Positions 1 through 12,019 of a stretch of 64,000 bases of DNA are shown one piece after another (within the stretch, counting starts at the first letter, position 1; each line of letters starts with the position of its first letter). Made by a program: the position numbers and the translations under genes. Source of the DNA: Oculina patagonica (Eukaryota); contig NC_135769.1 in the NCBI RefSeq assembly GCF_052425735.1, positions 8,494,001 through 8,558,000 on the forward strand. Reading direction: 5' to 3'. The notes under the pieces are model-generated. The model saw nothing but the letters and a program-made list of their open reading frames with translations. It made no database searches and had not been told where the DNA came from.

Positions 1-2107
1 CTTAAGAACTTATCATTTACAGACATATTATGAGAAAATACACGGTAAAATCTTTGTAAATTTAGATTTACAAACATTTGTGTGAGATTTTTTGAAGTCT
101 GTAAATTTTTAGTCTTTACGTGTAATCCTTGTTGCTAAAATTTACTAACATTTTACTAACTTTCTTTTAAATAAAAGACAGAAAAACCATATAAAATGTC
201 TGTAAAATTATTTTAAAAACATTTTGTCATTAACAGGCAAAACCACCAAGTCTAGTAGGTAGGGCCGATATTGCCTCCCTTTTTTACATTTATCCGGGTA
301 AGTGTTGCCGGCGAACATTTTGAAAACGAAAACATCTTACCCGTTTTCGTGACAAAAACTCCGTTTTCAAATTTATCCGGATAAGTGTGGACGGGGCCTT
401 AATAAAATGGTCGACTTCTCTGCTAACGTCTCTTGCTAAAATGTATTTTGCTTTCGCAGTCAAAGACCTTAATTTGGAATTCTAACCTTATTACGCGTTG
501 GTAATTGGGTAAGTTTTTGTTAGGAGTAGATAGGCTCTTTCAAAAAATGCTCTTGAGATTAAACAGCTTAATGGAAGAAAACTCGAAAACTCCATTAGTT
601 TAGATTTGGCACTTAAATTCATAAATGAGTTTTGCTGGTACCGTTAGCGCGGTAACAATAAGCGAGAAAAGATTTCATCGAAAAACTACAATTTGGTCAA
701 CTCAACCAGGGCAACTACCAACCAACAGTTTGGTTAAAACAGGCATAATTTTTGCGATTTTATGCAAAGCAACATTACCGACATATTCTTTGATAAGACA
801 AGATTAGGATATTATCTTTCTTGTTAAAGAAAAACTAGGTGATCAATATTCACGGTGATCAGGAATCTCGTGTCAGTGAAACTGCCGTGCTTGGCCAACT
901 CAACTGTTTTCGCTTTCTTATCTCAAAGTTTCTCCGTAATGTCAACCGTAGACCCATGGTGAGCACGCAATTATTTAGTTCGGTGGTTTTGTGTACCAGA
1001 TGCGTTATGCTCCAGTGTCATTATAATTTAACGTAAAGTTACACGGCTCAAAACGATATTCAGAGAAATTTTATTAAATGATTATTGTAAAATATAATTT
1101 GTAGTGGAGACTGTCAAATGCCGAGTTAATCTAAAAGAGGGTATCGAACAAAGTTTATATGACTGCATATGATTTTGCGCTAACCTTAAAAAGATAGTCA
1201 CCGTTATCTGCGGTCTCTGCGAATGTCTCCAGATTGGTGTTGTGCACTGAGGTGAAAAAAATGTCTTTTGTTTGGACAGCATTAAGCTCCAATTTAGAAT
1301 TCTAATCTTAATAAGCGTTAGCAACTTGGAAGATTGTGTGGATTGGCTCTTAAATTAACCCGTTTAATGGAGGAATATTCGAAAAATCCATTAGTCTTAC
1401 TTATTGCGTAAATGATAAGCGACAAGATTTCATTGGACAACTACAACTTGGTAAAACGAGCAAAATATTTCCGATTTTATGCAAACACGCTAATATATTT
1501 GTTGTTTAGACAAGGTTTTGATGACATTATCTTTCTTGTTAAAGAATATCGAGGTGATCAATATTCAAGGTGATCAGGAATTTCGTACCAGTGAAACAGC
1601 CTAGCTTGACCAACTCAACTGCTTTCGCTTTCTTACGTTTCTCCGTAACTTTATTTTGTCAACCGTAAAGCAGAGATTTGCTTTCGAGATTTTTTACCTA
1701 GATGATGAACTTGTTTTGGTCAAATGTTACTAGATTTAACGTAAAGTTACACCTAACCAAATGATATTTACGTAAGTTTTACAAAACGATTATTGTGAAA
1801 ATAAAATGTATTGGAGGTTGTTAAGCACCGTGTTAACCTAAAAGAGGGTATCAAACATAATTTATGTAATAATATTTTGTGCTAACCTTTAATGAGATGG
1901 TCGACTTCTTTGCTTATGTCTGCTTTCACAGTAACAAGCCTTAATTTGGAATTCTAATCTTATACTGTGTAAGGAGTGGATTGGCTCTTTTAAACAATGC
2001 ACTTGAGATTAAATAGTTTAATGGAAAAATACTCGAAAAATCCATTAGTCTGACATTTTTAGGAATCGTTAGTGAATTTTGCTGGTACTGTTAGGACAGT
2101 GTGTCAA

Positions 2108-2498
2108 CGGGACCGTGTCACGGAGCTTAGCCAAATTGAGGCATGGGAAATGACCACCAAATTTAGTGAAATAAAAAAAATAACCTCTTGAAACAGTGAA
2201 AGAACATTTCAATAACACAGCAAATACAAAAGAAGTTACTGATGGCAAAAGTGACGAAGACTGAAACGGATTGCGATAGGGGTTTTTGAAGCATTGTTGG
2301 GCTGAACAGTTTTCAAAGTTAATCTTTTTTGCTTGTAACTTTATATTATAACGCCGGGGAGACACATTTGGTTGCAATGAAGCAATGGTTTTGGCATTTA
2401 GATCCATAGGAGTAATTTCTTTACAAACATTGAATTTCATAGCCAGTATTTGGCAAAACTTAATAAAATTAACTTAACTCAGCCGTGACACAGTCCCT
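2108..2498. mobile_element. Kolobok-like MITE (TTAA target) embedded in the array; further copies ~4142-4393 (truncated), ~49421-49564 (truncated), ~60230-60621, ~62417-62806
   Basis: TIRs GGGACCGTGTCACGG / CCGTGACACAGTCCC; flanks are TCAA and TTAA here and TTAA at both ends of the ~60230 copy. Confidence 0.7.
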
Positions 2499-2662
2499 TT
2501 AATAATAAGCGACAAGAGACTTTATTGAAGAACAACAACTTGGTAAAACGAACAAAATTTCTACGATTGTAAACGTAGAGCCATAGTGAGACGCAAAGAG
2601 TTGATTTTAAGATTTTAAGTACCATATCTAGAAGACGGACTGGTCATGCTACAATGTTACTA

Positions 2663-3093
2663 CCTTATTCTTACTAATTTTTGCGAGTACTTATTTTCGC
2701 GATTTCAAAATAATCGCGAAATTTAGTACGCGCGAAGAAAACATTGCGCGAAATTTAAACACGCGAAAATTAATACCATATTATATATCAAAAGAACAAA
2801 AATTTTAAAAAATATCTTTCCGTCTTGTTTTTGACTAAAACCCGTCTTTGGATTGCTGTTTTGTCGTTGTAAATCGGCCAAAACCTCCTTAGTATAGTCA
2901 CCAAAGTTTCCGTTTGCAACCTGTTGTTCCTAGTCTTTTGTCTGACGACTGCTTTATAAAACACTGACAAAATCGCGAAATTTAATACACTTTTTCTGTA
3001 ATTTTTCTTGCAATCGCGAAAATAAATACTCGCGAAATTCGGCTTTCGGACTTTCGCGAAAATAAGTACGCGCGAAAATTAGTAAGAATAAGG
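2663..3093. mobile_element. TA-flanked MITE (Tc1/mariner-type target); copies ~60787-61254 and ~62971-63441, fragments ~30575-30656 and ~31485-31584
   Basis: TIR CCTTATTCTTACTAATTTT(C/T)GCG, TA TSD; empty site gttactataactcaacg near 49725. Confidence 0.85.
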
Positions 3094-4527
3094 TATAATT
3101 CAACGTCAAGTTACAGGACTCAAAATGATATTCAGAGACGTTTTATATAACGATGTTAGTGAAAAAAATGTATTTGAGGCTGTTGAATGCCGTGTTTACC
3201 AAATTAAGGTATCCAACATACTCTATAATTATAATAACATTTTGTTCTAACCTTAATACGATGGTCGACTTCTCTGCTTGTCTGCTGATTGGTGTTGTGT
3301 GCTGATATGAAAAATACCCTTTTGCTTTCACAGTATACAGCCTTAATTTGGAATTCTGATTTAATTCTGTGTGAGGAGTTGATAGGCTCTTTTGAACAAT
3401 TCTCTTGAGATTAGACGGTTGAATGGAACAATACCCGAAAAGTCTATTAGTCTGACAATTTCAGAGTTCATTACTGAGTTTTGCTGGTACCGTTAATGCG
3501 TTCACGATGAGCCACAAAAGACTCCAATGAACAAGTCTAACTTGGTAAAACGAGCAAAATATTTGCGATTTTATGCAAACACGCTAACATATTTGCTGTT
3601 TAGACAAGTTTTTTTATGACATTATCTTTCTTGTTAAAGAATAAGTAAACGAGGTGATCAATATTCAAGCTTGACCAACTCAACTGCTTTCGCTTTCCTA
3701 CGTTTCTCCTTAACTTTATTTTGTCAACCGTAAAGCAGGGATTTGCTTTCGAGATTTTGAGTACCATATCAAGATAATAGACTGGTTTTGCTCCAATGTT
3801 ACTATAATTCCACGTAAAGTTACACCCAACCAATGATATTTAGAGCAGTTTAACAAAACGATGGTTGTGAAAACAAAATGTATTGGATTCTTTTAAGTGC
3901 CGTGTTAGCCTAAAAGAGGGTATCAAATATAATTTATGTAATAATATTTTGTGCTAACCTTGTATAAGATGGTCGACTTCTTTGCTTATGTCTGGTAAAT
4001 GGAGGTGTGCGTTGATATGAAAAATGTCCTTTGCTTTCACAGTAACAAGCCTTAATTTGGAATTCTAACATTTCTGACATAGTCTGACATTTTTAGGAAT
4101 CGTTAGTGAATTTTGCTGGTACTGTTAGGACAGTGTGTTAACGGGACCGTGTCACGGAGCTTAGCCAAATTGAGGCATGGGAAATGACCATCAAATTTAG
4201 TGAAATAAAAAAATAACCTCCTAAAACAGTAAAAGAACATTTCAATAACACAGCAAATACAAAAGAAGGTACGGATGGCAAAAGTGACGAAGACTGAAAC
4301 GGATTGCGATAGGGGTTTTTGAAGCATTGTTGGGCTGAACAGTTTTCAAAGTTAATCTGTTTTGCTTGTAACTTTATATAATAACGCCCGGTGAAAAAAT
4401 TCTAATTTTCTGTTCGCCGTTTGTCCAAACTATGGTAAGGCATGTGTTAATATAAGTAACATTTGGTTCACTCTATTTAAGCTGCCATGGATGTAACACT
4501 TTTCTAACAAATGAAAACTTCTTGCAG

Positions 4528-4649
4528 AGGTGAGATGTGACTGGCCCCGTGGTGTGTGCACGTACATAAAAGACAACTGTCCACCTGGATTGTTCCCTTG
4601 TGGAAACTATTACTGCCCAGTTGCTACCAACAGATGCTGTTGCCGCTAA
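4528..4649 (+). CDS. SCRiP-type peptide copy A, mature-domain exon only (signal exon lies upstream of the window)
   Basis: Acceptor ttgcag ends 4527. Phase-1 frame reads (E)[39 protein letters not shown], an 8-Cys SCRiP pattern ending in CCC. The donor seen in paralogues (CG|GTAAG) is CGCTAAG here, giving a TAA stop. A paralogous last exon starts at 4828, with AATAAA near 4969 and 4984. Confidence 0.85.
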
Positions 4650-5483
4650 GAATCGAACTTGTAGTAAACCAGGATTGCATTTTAAGAGTAGTAGCAGCAC
4701 AGTGGTATTGTTCCTCAGACTGGTAATTCAAATGACTCATCATATCCATGTCATGTAAGTCCTAGCAAGAGCCTTGAGTAATAACTGTGCAATATTAATG
4801 TATATTTTTTTTTTTGCATTTTCGTAGGTATGGAAGGCAGTTGCTGATGGTCCGCTGAACACTACAGGAGTTGGAATAAAGCAACGAAGAAATCATCGTC
4901 AATGATTGTGTACCCTCCAGTGCTATTAATCCGAATTATTTTTCTACTATGTGCAGTAAACGTATTGAAATAAAAGCTATTTCAATAAAACCTAAGTTGT
5001 TATTTTTTTGTCTTTTCCCTTAATTATGTATAATCTATGCTGACAATAGAGGCCAAGAGAAGAAACGGAGAGAGAGAGACGAACGAAAAGCAATGGACAA
5101 CATTTAATAAAGAGACAATTCTCAATATGGACAAAGACAACCGTTATTACCCACAAACTGAAATGAAACAAATTAATCACCGTCAACAGCATCATATCCC
5201 CATAGTATCCGTTAGTAGCTCTATCGGACTCAAAAAATAGCCGAACATTACTAGCTCGGGCCGAATTTGTGATTGACCTAATCCGGGTCTAGCACGTAAT
5301 TTTGCAACTTTTCATTGAGGTTTACTGTCATGATTTTCTGTCCTTCTGTACCGGTTTTGACAAATCTAAATATCGAAAGTCAAACTCCTCAAAACATTAC
5401 CAGTGAAAAACACTTTTGTAGAAGATAAATAAAACCTCGCCTAACTTTTAACCCTAATCGTCTTTGGAAAAACAGACCCCTAT

Positions 5484-5620
5484 ATTTACAAGCGTAGCAG
5501 AGGAGTTGAGCTCTGGGGTACCCAGAACATCACCAAGTAGTAGTTAGAACTGGATTAGAACCCTTGGCCTCCGAATTTCGAGTCCAGCGCTGTAAGCTAA
5601 CCGCTTAACCACGCTATCTC
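5484..5620 (-). mobile_element. tRNA-derived SINE fragment (paralogue ~18612-18755)
   Basis: Minus strand has an A-box-like TGGTTAAGCGG and a B-box-like GGTTCTAATCC followed by a non-tRNA body. Confidence 0.55.
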
Positions 5621-6867
5621 AGCTGGAAACAAGAAGAGGATGCCAACGGAAATAAGTAACCGGTTGAGAGGGGAGAAGTCGTGCCAGTTTGGCCATTTGA
5701 TTTTCACATACTTAAATAACGTGAAATACTTTAGCTTTTGTTTTGGATGTGATTAAAGAGTCAATGTATAAATGGAGGTACTTAGTAAGAGATGTTTCGT
5801 AACTGCGTTTGCGGCATTTACCAGCATCTAGCTTTTGATCATTGTAATGTGTGTGGACACTGTGTGGACTGCATGTTTTTCACTTCTCAGGCTCCCAACT
5901 CAATCAAGCTGGCTCTATTTTCTTATTTCAGCCTTACGTTTACTTTGCTAGTTTACTCAGGTTCTCAAGTTATGTATGCGATAGCTCTATAGACGAAAGC
6001 GAAATTCTTATCATTGACCTGGTATGGTGTGACATCGGAAACAGTCTAAGTTAAGTAGACCATTTATGTGGGTCATGCATGTTCTACAGATTTACTGAAC
6101 ATTTTTATCCAATGTAATAAATTAGTTTACCCGTACTTACAAAAATAAATCTTATCAATTTAGAATTAGAATTATATATGTGAGACACTAGTTTCACTTT
6201 ACCTTTCAAAGCTTTGATTTAAACTAAAGATGTTCTTCAATTTGATGCCCTCGCGAAAGGGTATCCCCCCCCCAAATAGACTCCACGCATGCTGCTTTTT
6301 CTTTAAATAAATTCTAGACAATTTATTGCGATATCGTATAACAATTTATTATAATAATAACAAATGATCGTAATAAATTGTCTAATAACAATTCATTACA
6401 AACTTAACTCAACGTTAAATTACGTTAAGGTATATCTTGCTTTGTTGAAAGCAATAAGGATAACGATCGACTAAAGTTCGACTCGAAAGGGAGTTTTCCC
6501 TTTTCATGACGCATTCTTCTTTCATTTTGTCATCGCGAGTGTGAAACTTTGTTAAATTCTCTTTTAGAGAATAATTCCTTTTATAATAAATAAAAGGTCA
6601 AGGAATTTAATAATTCCAACGAAGAAAACACGATAAATTGTCTTGGGATTTGGATAATATTACTTTGCGTGATATTTCGCCAAATGAAGGAAATGCAAAT
6701 TAAACGCGGCATTGTGTAGCAATGCGTAGTTCCTGTTTTCTGGGAAGAGGCGTGCGGGTGCCACATATCTGTCATGTGAGGGGAAAATTCCCTCTTCGCA
6801 GAGGGATAATTTTAGTATACACGCCTATAGCGATTGTCACGAGCTAGCCACTGTTTCACGTCATTTT

Positions 6868-7100
6868 AGAACAAGCCTGTGCAGTAAAGTCACAAGCTCA
6901 TCATCAGAAACGAAGAAGACAAATCAAAAGCGCTGTGCGGTAGTCATGAGTTTATCACAAGCAGGTCTTGCTAAGCCTTATGATGAACTATAAAAGAGTA
7001 TTCTCTCTAGGTTTTTCTTCAGTCTGAAGAAAACGTCGAGCTGCAGATTGCTTTCGCTGTCTTCAAGTGACACCCTGCTGCCTAGAAGCAACTTTGTGAG
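6868..7100 (+). promoter_or_regulatory. Conserved SCRiP core promoter and non-coding exon 1 (copy B)
   Basis: AACAAG(C/T)CTGTGCAGT..AGTCACAAGCT block, TATAAAA at 6989, TCAGTC initiator ~30 nt downstream, donor GT at 7101. The same block lies before copies C, E, F and H. Confidence 0.7.
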
Positions 7101-9036
7101 GTATAAACTAAAACTTTTTTTCCTTTATTAATATTTGGCATCTAAGTTTTTTGTGTGGACTTTAAAGTCTACACATTGTCGTCATGCAGTTTTTTCCGAT
7201 TGGGGGGTCACTTTCCGTGATAACTCGGGTTAGTGCTTTCGGAAGTTTTCGACAGTGATCGGAGGATCCGAAGTTTCGGTGAGATGGGCAGCCAAGGCAG
7301 TAAACCCAGAAATTCGATCAGTATCGAGTAAATCGCACTTTATTCTTGAATCTAGAAGCCTTTTTTGACACAGCTTTCGAAGAACGTGTGGTGGCTGGAA
7401 AATATACATCAAGGAACAACTTCAAAGGCAGCGGTGGCGTAGATGAAAAGTGAAATAACAATCACGACGGCTGAAATCTTCATATCTAATGAGCTGAACA
7501 ACTGCGGTCATAGGTCACGTTTCTTGTTTTTCACACTTTTGACTCACTTTCCACAGTTTTTGTTTCTCTGTGCGGCTTGAGCATTTTTGATTCGCATATT
7601 AAAACGAATCAAATGTCTGGTTATTTATTTATTTCAGCTTTGCCAAACACAATGAATGCACAACGAGTTGTATCAAAACAAGTTCGCTGATCATGTTGTT
7701 TTACTTGTCTTGGACTCCGGGATATAATTCACCAGCTCCATTTCTCTCAAGTAGTATATTTAACAAAAGACCGATGTCGAATTCAGAACTGAACTAAAAC
7801 ATTGTCATGAAAAGAATAAAAATAACATCGAACCGTAGAATATGCATATATCCAAACCGTGCGACAAAATAATTTAATTGTCGGTTCAAATAACGTCCTT
7901 CGCCGCTTCTCAAAACACCGACTTCAAGTGAATATTACGTAAACAGAAAAATATATTTCTCCGCCTTTCTACGCAAGCTACTAAGAAATTATTTGTGAAA
8001 GCTTATTGAAAAGTTCTTATTCCAAAAAGGTAAAAAAAGAACTCATTGAAAGAAAATAAGTTTTTCGATGAGTTGTTTACACAAGTTTTACACAAAAAGT
8101 AAGGGTTGTGTAAACAAGCGATGCGAGACAGTTCACGTGCTCCACGCAACATTTCTTTTTTTAATAAAAATAGTATCCTATCTTGCTAGCGGTAAGGAAA
8201 GGCTTTTGGTCTAATAACTGCTGTTCTTGTAGGATTCTAGGTTTTTATTTGCATGAAAAAAGGCATTTGTCGTGAACGACGTGACAAAGGGTCACACCAC
8301 GCTCCTTCACATTGCGTGACATCCCAAGCGGCAATGGTAACGTTTGTTTCTTGAAGCGTAGTACATAAGACAAGTAATAGTACACTTTGTTCTTCCAACA
8401 GTCTTGTAAATAATAAATTGATTGACAAGTTCTTTGTTTTTTCGCCTTGTATCTCGAATTACTCGATTCGAAACTTGAAGTTGTTGACTGCTACAGTAAC
8501 TTATTCATTAATTCATAATGTTAACTTTTATTCAAATGAAAGTCCACACATGTTCGCATAGCGGACTCACTTTTACTGTTATTTAAGAAAAGCATGACTT
8601 TTCTCCGTGTTTTCGCTTTTTATTTTTATTTCATAAAATGATCTCAAATGATTCTCGAAGAGAGAACGTTACTCCTTTTTTTTCGAATTGCTTATAACCG
8701 TCTAAACCTATCTTGAGTGACTTTTTGCGATTTTGCATTACCTGAAAACTGCTTACCTCACCTGACCTTTGGCACGATGTGTAAGCCTGTTTGTGTTGAA
8801 GACTGAATCTTTGCCGGAAGTCAATTTTTGGCCTATTTTCTATTTTAATTTCTTCACTATATTATTCTCGAGAACCGTACGCGTAAAGAAAACAAGATCA
8901 CACTGAGAAACAAGCAGCGATAAATAAAGCATTGTTCAGAAGAAATCATTAGAGTGGTCACAAGTATTGAGTGGAAGTTGGTTGAGAAAAATTTCACCTC
9001 TGTTTAACTATTGCTGTTCTGTTGCAGAACAAAACC

Positions 9037-10185
9037 ATGAATTTTAAGTTGAGTATATGCTTGTTGCTGATTGTTTTGGGGATACTCAAGCTGCTGTGAT
9101 GGATGGCCATGGTAATCCAATAAATAATTACCGGGGCAAGGATTGTTCAGGTAAAATTTACAATTTTTAAAAAAACTTGGTGGGGGGGATACGGGGTTGC
9201 ATACAATAACATAATGATCACGCGTTATGGCCTTTTCTCGAATCCCATAAAATTATTGATCGGGGACACGGAAATTCTCCTTATTTACACACTAGAAACA
9301 ATACTTATATTTATCTATTAATATTTAATTACGAGGTTTTGGCTTAAGTATCGTAACTGGTATGTTTCGGATTTATGATAAATTTTTAACTTAGTACACT
9401 GCAAAAATCAGAAATAAAAAAATGAAGGCTATTTTAAGCTGCCGTAACAATTTTGCTAACCAATAAATAATGTTTGCAGAGGTGAGATGTGACTGGCCTC
9501 GCGGTGTGTGCACGTACATTTATGATCCGTGTCCACCAGGAATGAACCCCTTGTGGAAACTATTATTGCCCAGTTGCGACAAACAGATGCTGTTGTCGGT
9601 AGGAATTTACAGTTTACAGTTTTGAATTTTCACTATGCATGTCACCAAAGCACTATTTCTAAACAGATAATTGCAGCTAAATAATGTACCCTTTCGACTA
9701 AAGTTATCAAAGATACATGAAAATAGCACTACGTTATTTTGAGGAACGTGCAATGCCATTATTTTACGTATCTATCCTAAATTGATGGATCAAACACGAC
9801 TAGTTCTATTTGTTAAATACACGCAAAGAAAGAAAAAGAGAGAGGCAGTCAATAAGAGAACCAGTCAGTCAGTTAACCTAGCAGCCAACCATAGCCATCC
9901 AGAAAGCCAGCACTACATGCAAGACTGAAAAAAGACAAACTAATAAATAAACATGTAATTAAGATAGAAAGATGCATGCTTTGCTGGTTATAAAGGTCTT
10001 GCTGACTACTATAATAACTGTGCTAATAGGAGGTGGTCTCAAAGAAAAATAAAATGATTCCAAAATTTCAAAGACAGTTTATAATACTACTATGTGCCTC
10101 ATTTTACTTATTTTAGATTTCCGGCAGCAAAGTACGTGTATCTTGGATAGTAATTGCACTATTTTCTTTATTTTCTAGTTATTGA
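9037..10185 (+). pseudogene. SCRiP copy B, frameshifted
   Basis: Signal exon 9037-9150 (MNFKLSICLLLIVLGI...) is 114 nt versus 118 nt in copies C and H; the 4-nt loss gives LKLL* early. Domain exon 9480-9598 is 119 nt versus 118 nt in A (+1 at aacccctt) but retains CDWPRGVC...RCCC homology. Last exon 10179-10185. Confidence 0.75.
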
Positions 10186-10199
10186 AGCCACAATGCAGC

Positions 10200-11147
10200 C
10201 ATTCTCGTTCCCAGAGCCTTCCGTTTCTTTTGGTCACGTGGTCGGCGAAACGAAGGGCTCTGGTAACACTGACTACCGGATGTCGTAAAATCCACGACAT
10301 CCGGTAGCGCATGCCCACTGCATAAATGTTCGTCTGCGCCTGCTCAGTAAAAGAAAGGGGAAGGCTGGGGCTGACTGAGACGAGAAGAAACCGAATTTAA
10401 AAGAAGATACGACATTTGAGTTTGGCGTTCGAAAGAGCTGTACAGCAATCCTTGCTACAATTGTCGGAGGACATCAAGAAACAAGGAATGGAACAGGAAG
10501 ACGACAGATAGAAAAGTTAGAATCCAGAGGAATTGGAGTCATAGTGTTTAAACACGGAGTCGATGATATCATCAGCTGATAGCCAGCATTCCGACGGTTG
10601 ATCATTTGATACTGTGAAATTTATTTATGGTCATGCGGAGGTATTGTAGAAAATTCAGAGCTAAAAAAGCGTATGAGCGATGAGGTATCATTCTATTGAG
10701 CGGCGGTAAGAAATATCACATTGAATTTCAAAGTCTTCATGTATTCATGAACTCCATTTAGTGTGTATATCTTGTATAAGCTAAGTTGATAGTGCAAATG
10801 TTTGCAATATTTTTAATGCAATAAAAAGTACAACCGAGTTACACCTTACAAAAGATGTACTTGTCATTTGTTCATAAACAAAGGTCTGCTTCGTGAATAC
10901 GTTATTCTAACAAACTCCCAGTGTTATTCGGTCTTTTTCCGGTAACATTTTCAAACTTGCCCGCTACATCTTCAATTGTTTCGATGACCGGAAATATAAC
11001 GAAAATTGCGTAGAAGCGTTTCATTTTTTTACCTAATTACGCATGCAGTTTTTATCAGCCAATCAAAAAAATCATATTTTTTACCGTTACCAGGGCCACT
11101 ACGTCATGTAATTTAAAAAAATACGCGTGGCCCTGGGGAAGAGGATA
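10200..11147. mobile_element. Non-autonomous DNA transposon in the 3' UTR of copy B, 9-10-bp TSD (MULE-like)
   Basis: TSD CAATGCAGC at 10191-10199 and 11148-11156; imperfect TIR CATTCTCGTTCCCAGAGCC / GGCCCTGGGGAAGAGGAT. 3' UTR homology to copies A and C resumes after it. Confidence 0.8.
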
Positions 11148-12019
11148 CAATGCAGCTGTTGATGGCCCGCGTAACACCTTAGGGTTCCGAATAATTCAAT
11201 GAAAACATAATTGTCAAAGATTTTCTACCATCAATACAGTGGTTGATGTAATGTTGTAACCCAATTGTTATTTTACAACTTCAGTGTTATTAATAAAAGC
11301 TATTTCAACAAAACCTTAGCTGTCAGCGAATCTTAATCCTCAACCCTCCATTTCCTGTTTATAAGTGAGACCAGTTTATAGTTGAATAAAATGAAACTCA
11401 TACTTTAGAATATTCACCTTACCAATAAAAACAGGGGGGGGGGGGGGGGGGGGGCAAGGCGTGACTGGATGCAGGTATCTTCTTCTTCTATACTAAAACA
11501 TGTAATTTTTCCAAAACTATTTCCGTAATAACTTGGTTATGAAAAAAAAACTACACGAATCTACATTTATAAAAAAGGGAGCGAATAATCTTATTTTTTA
11601 GTAAAATTTTCTCTAAAATACTTCAAATTGAATGATTTTCAATTACTTCAGAGTTATAAAGTATAACTAATCTGCATACATTCTACGTTCGCGCGAACTC
11701 GTATACTAACGTCAGATAGTATAGAAGTAGCTTAACCAATAAAGATTATCGCATTTGCGTTAATGCACTAATAGAATTCTACTACGCTTTTTAAGCAACT
11801 TTAACAAATATTGTAAGTTTGAAAAGTACCAATAAAACACACGAAAAACGATAAGAGCGCAAGCAAGCTAGTAGGTCAAACGAGAAGGACACTTGACCAC
11901 ACTTGAACGCTCGCTAACTCTTAACTCAGATCAAGTTTCTGCTGCTTAATGCAATTCTAGTTTCTTGTACCCCAGTCGGTAGATGCTGAGGTCCGCATTT
12001 CACGCCCAGGGCGACGACC

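Larger units (their letters stand above)
1..4393 (+). repeat. Segmental duplication copy 1, including a degenerate tandem array
   Basis: Position 1 matches 57115 nearly base for base. Array marker atggtcgacttct occurs near 407, 1897, 3261 and 3969. Confidence 0.9.

Noticed and set aside
625-4327. Repeated short ORFs (e.g. MKFNVCKE..., MINIHGDQ...), recurring at 58914-63417
   Set aside because: They recur only because the MITE/array DNA is duplicated; frames break between copies and there are no domain motifs.
4473-4700. Minus-strand ORFs over SCRiP exons (also 17643-17855, 28053-28253, 40232-40450)
   Set aside because: Antisense shadows of the + strand Cys-rich exons.
5484-5620. tRNA gene
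   Set aside because: A/B-box-like motifs are present but I could not form a clean cloverleaf, and it continues into a repeat body; a SINE fits better.
11434-11454. Long G homopolymers (also ~32621-32644) as functional G-quadruplexes
   Set aside because: Often associated with MITE ends and of unreliable length in assemblies; no independent support.
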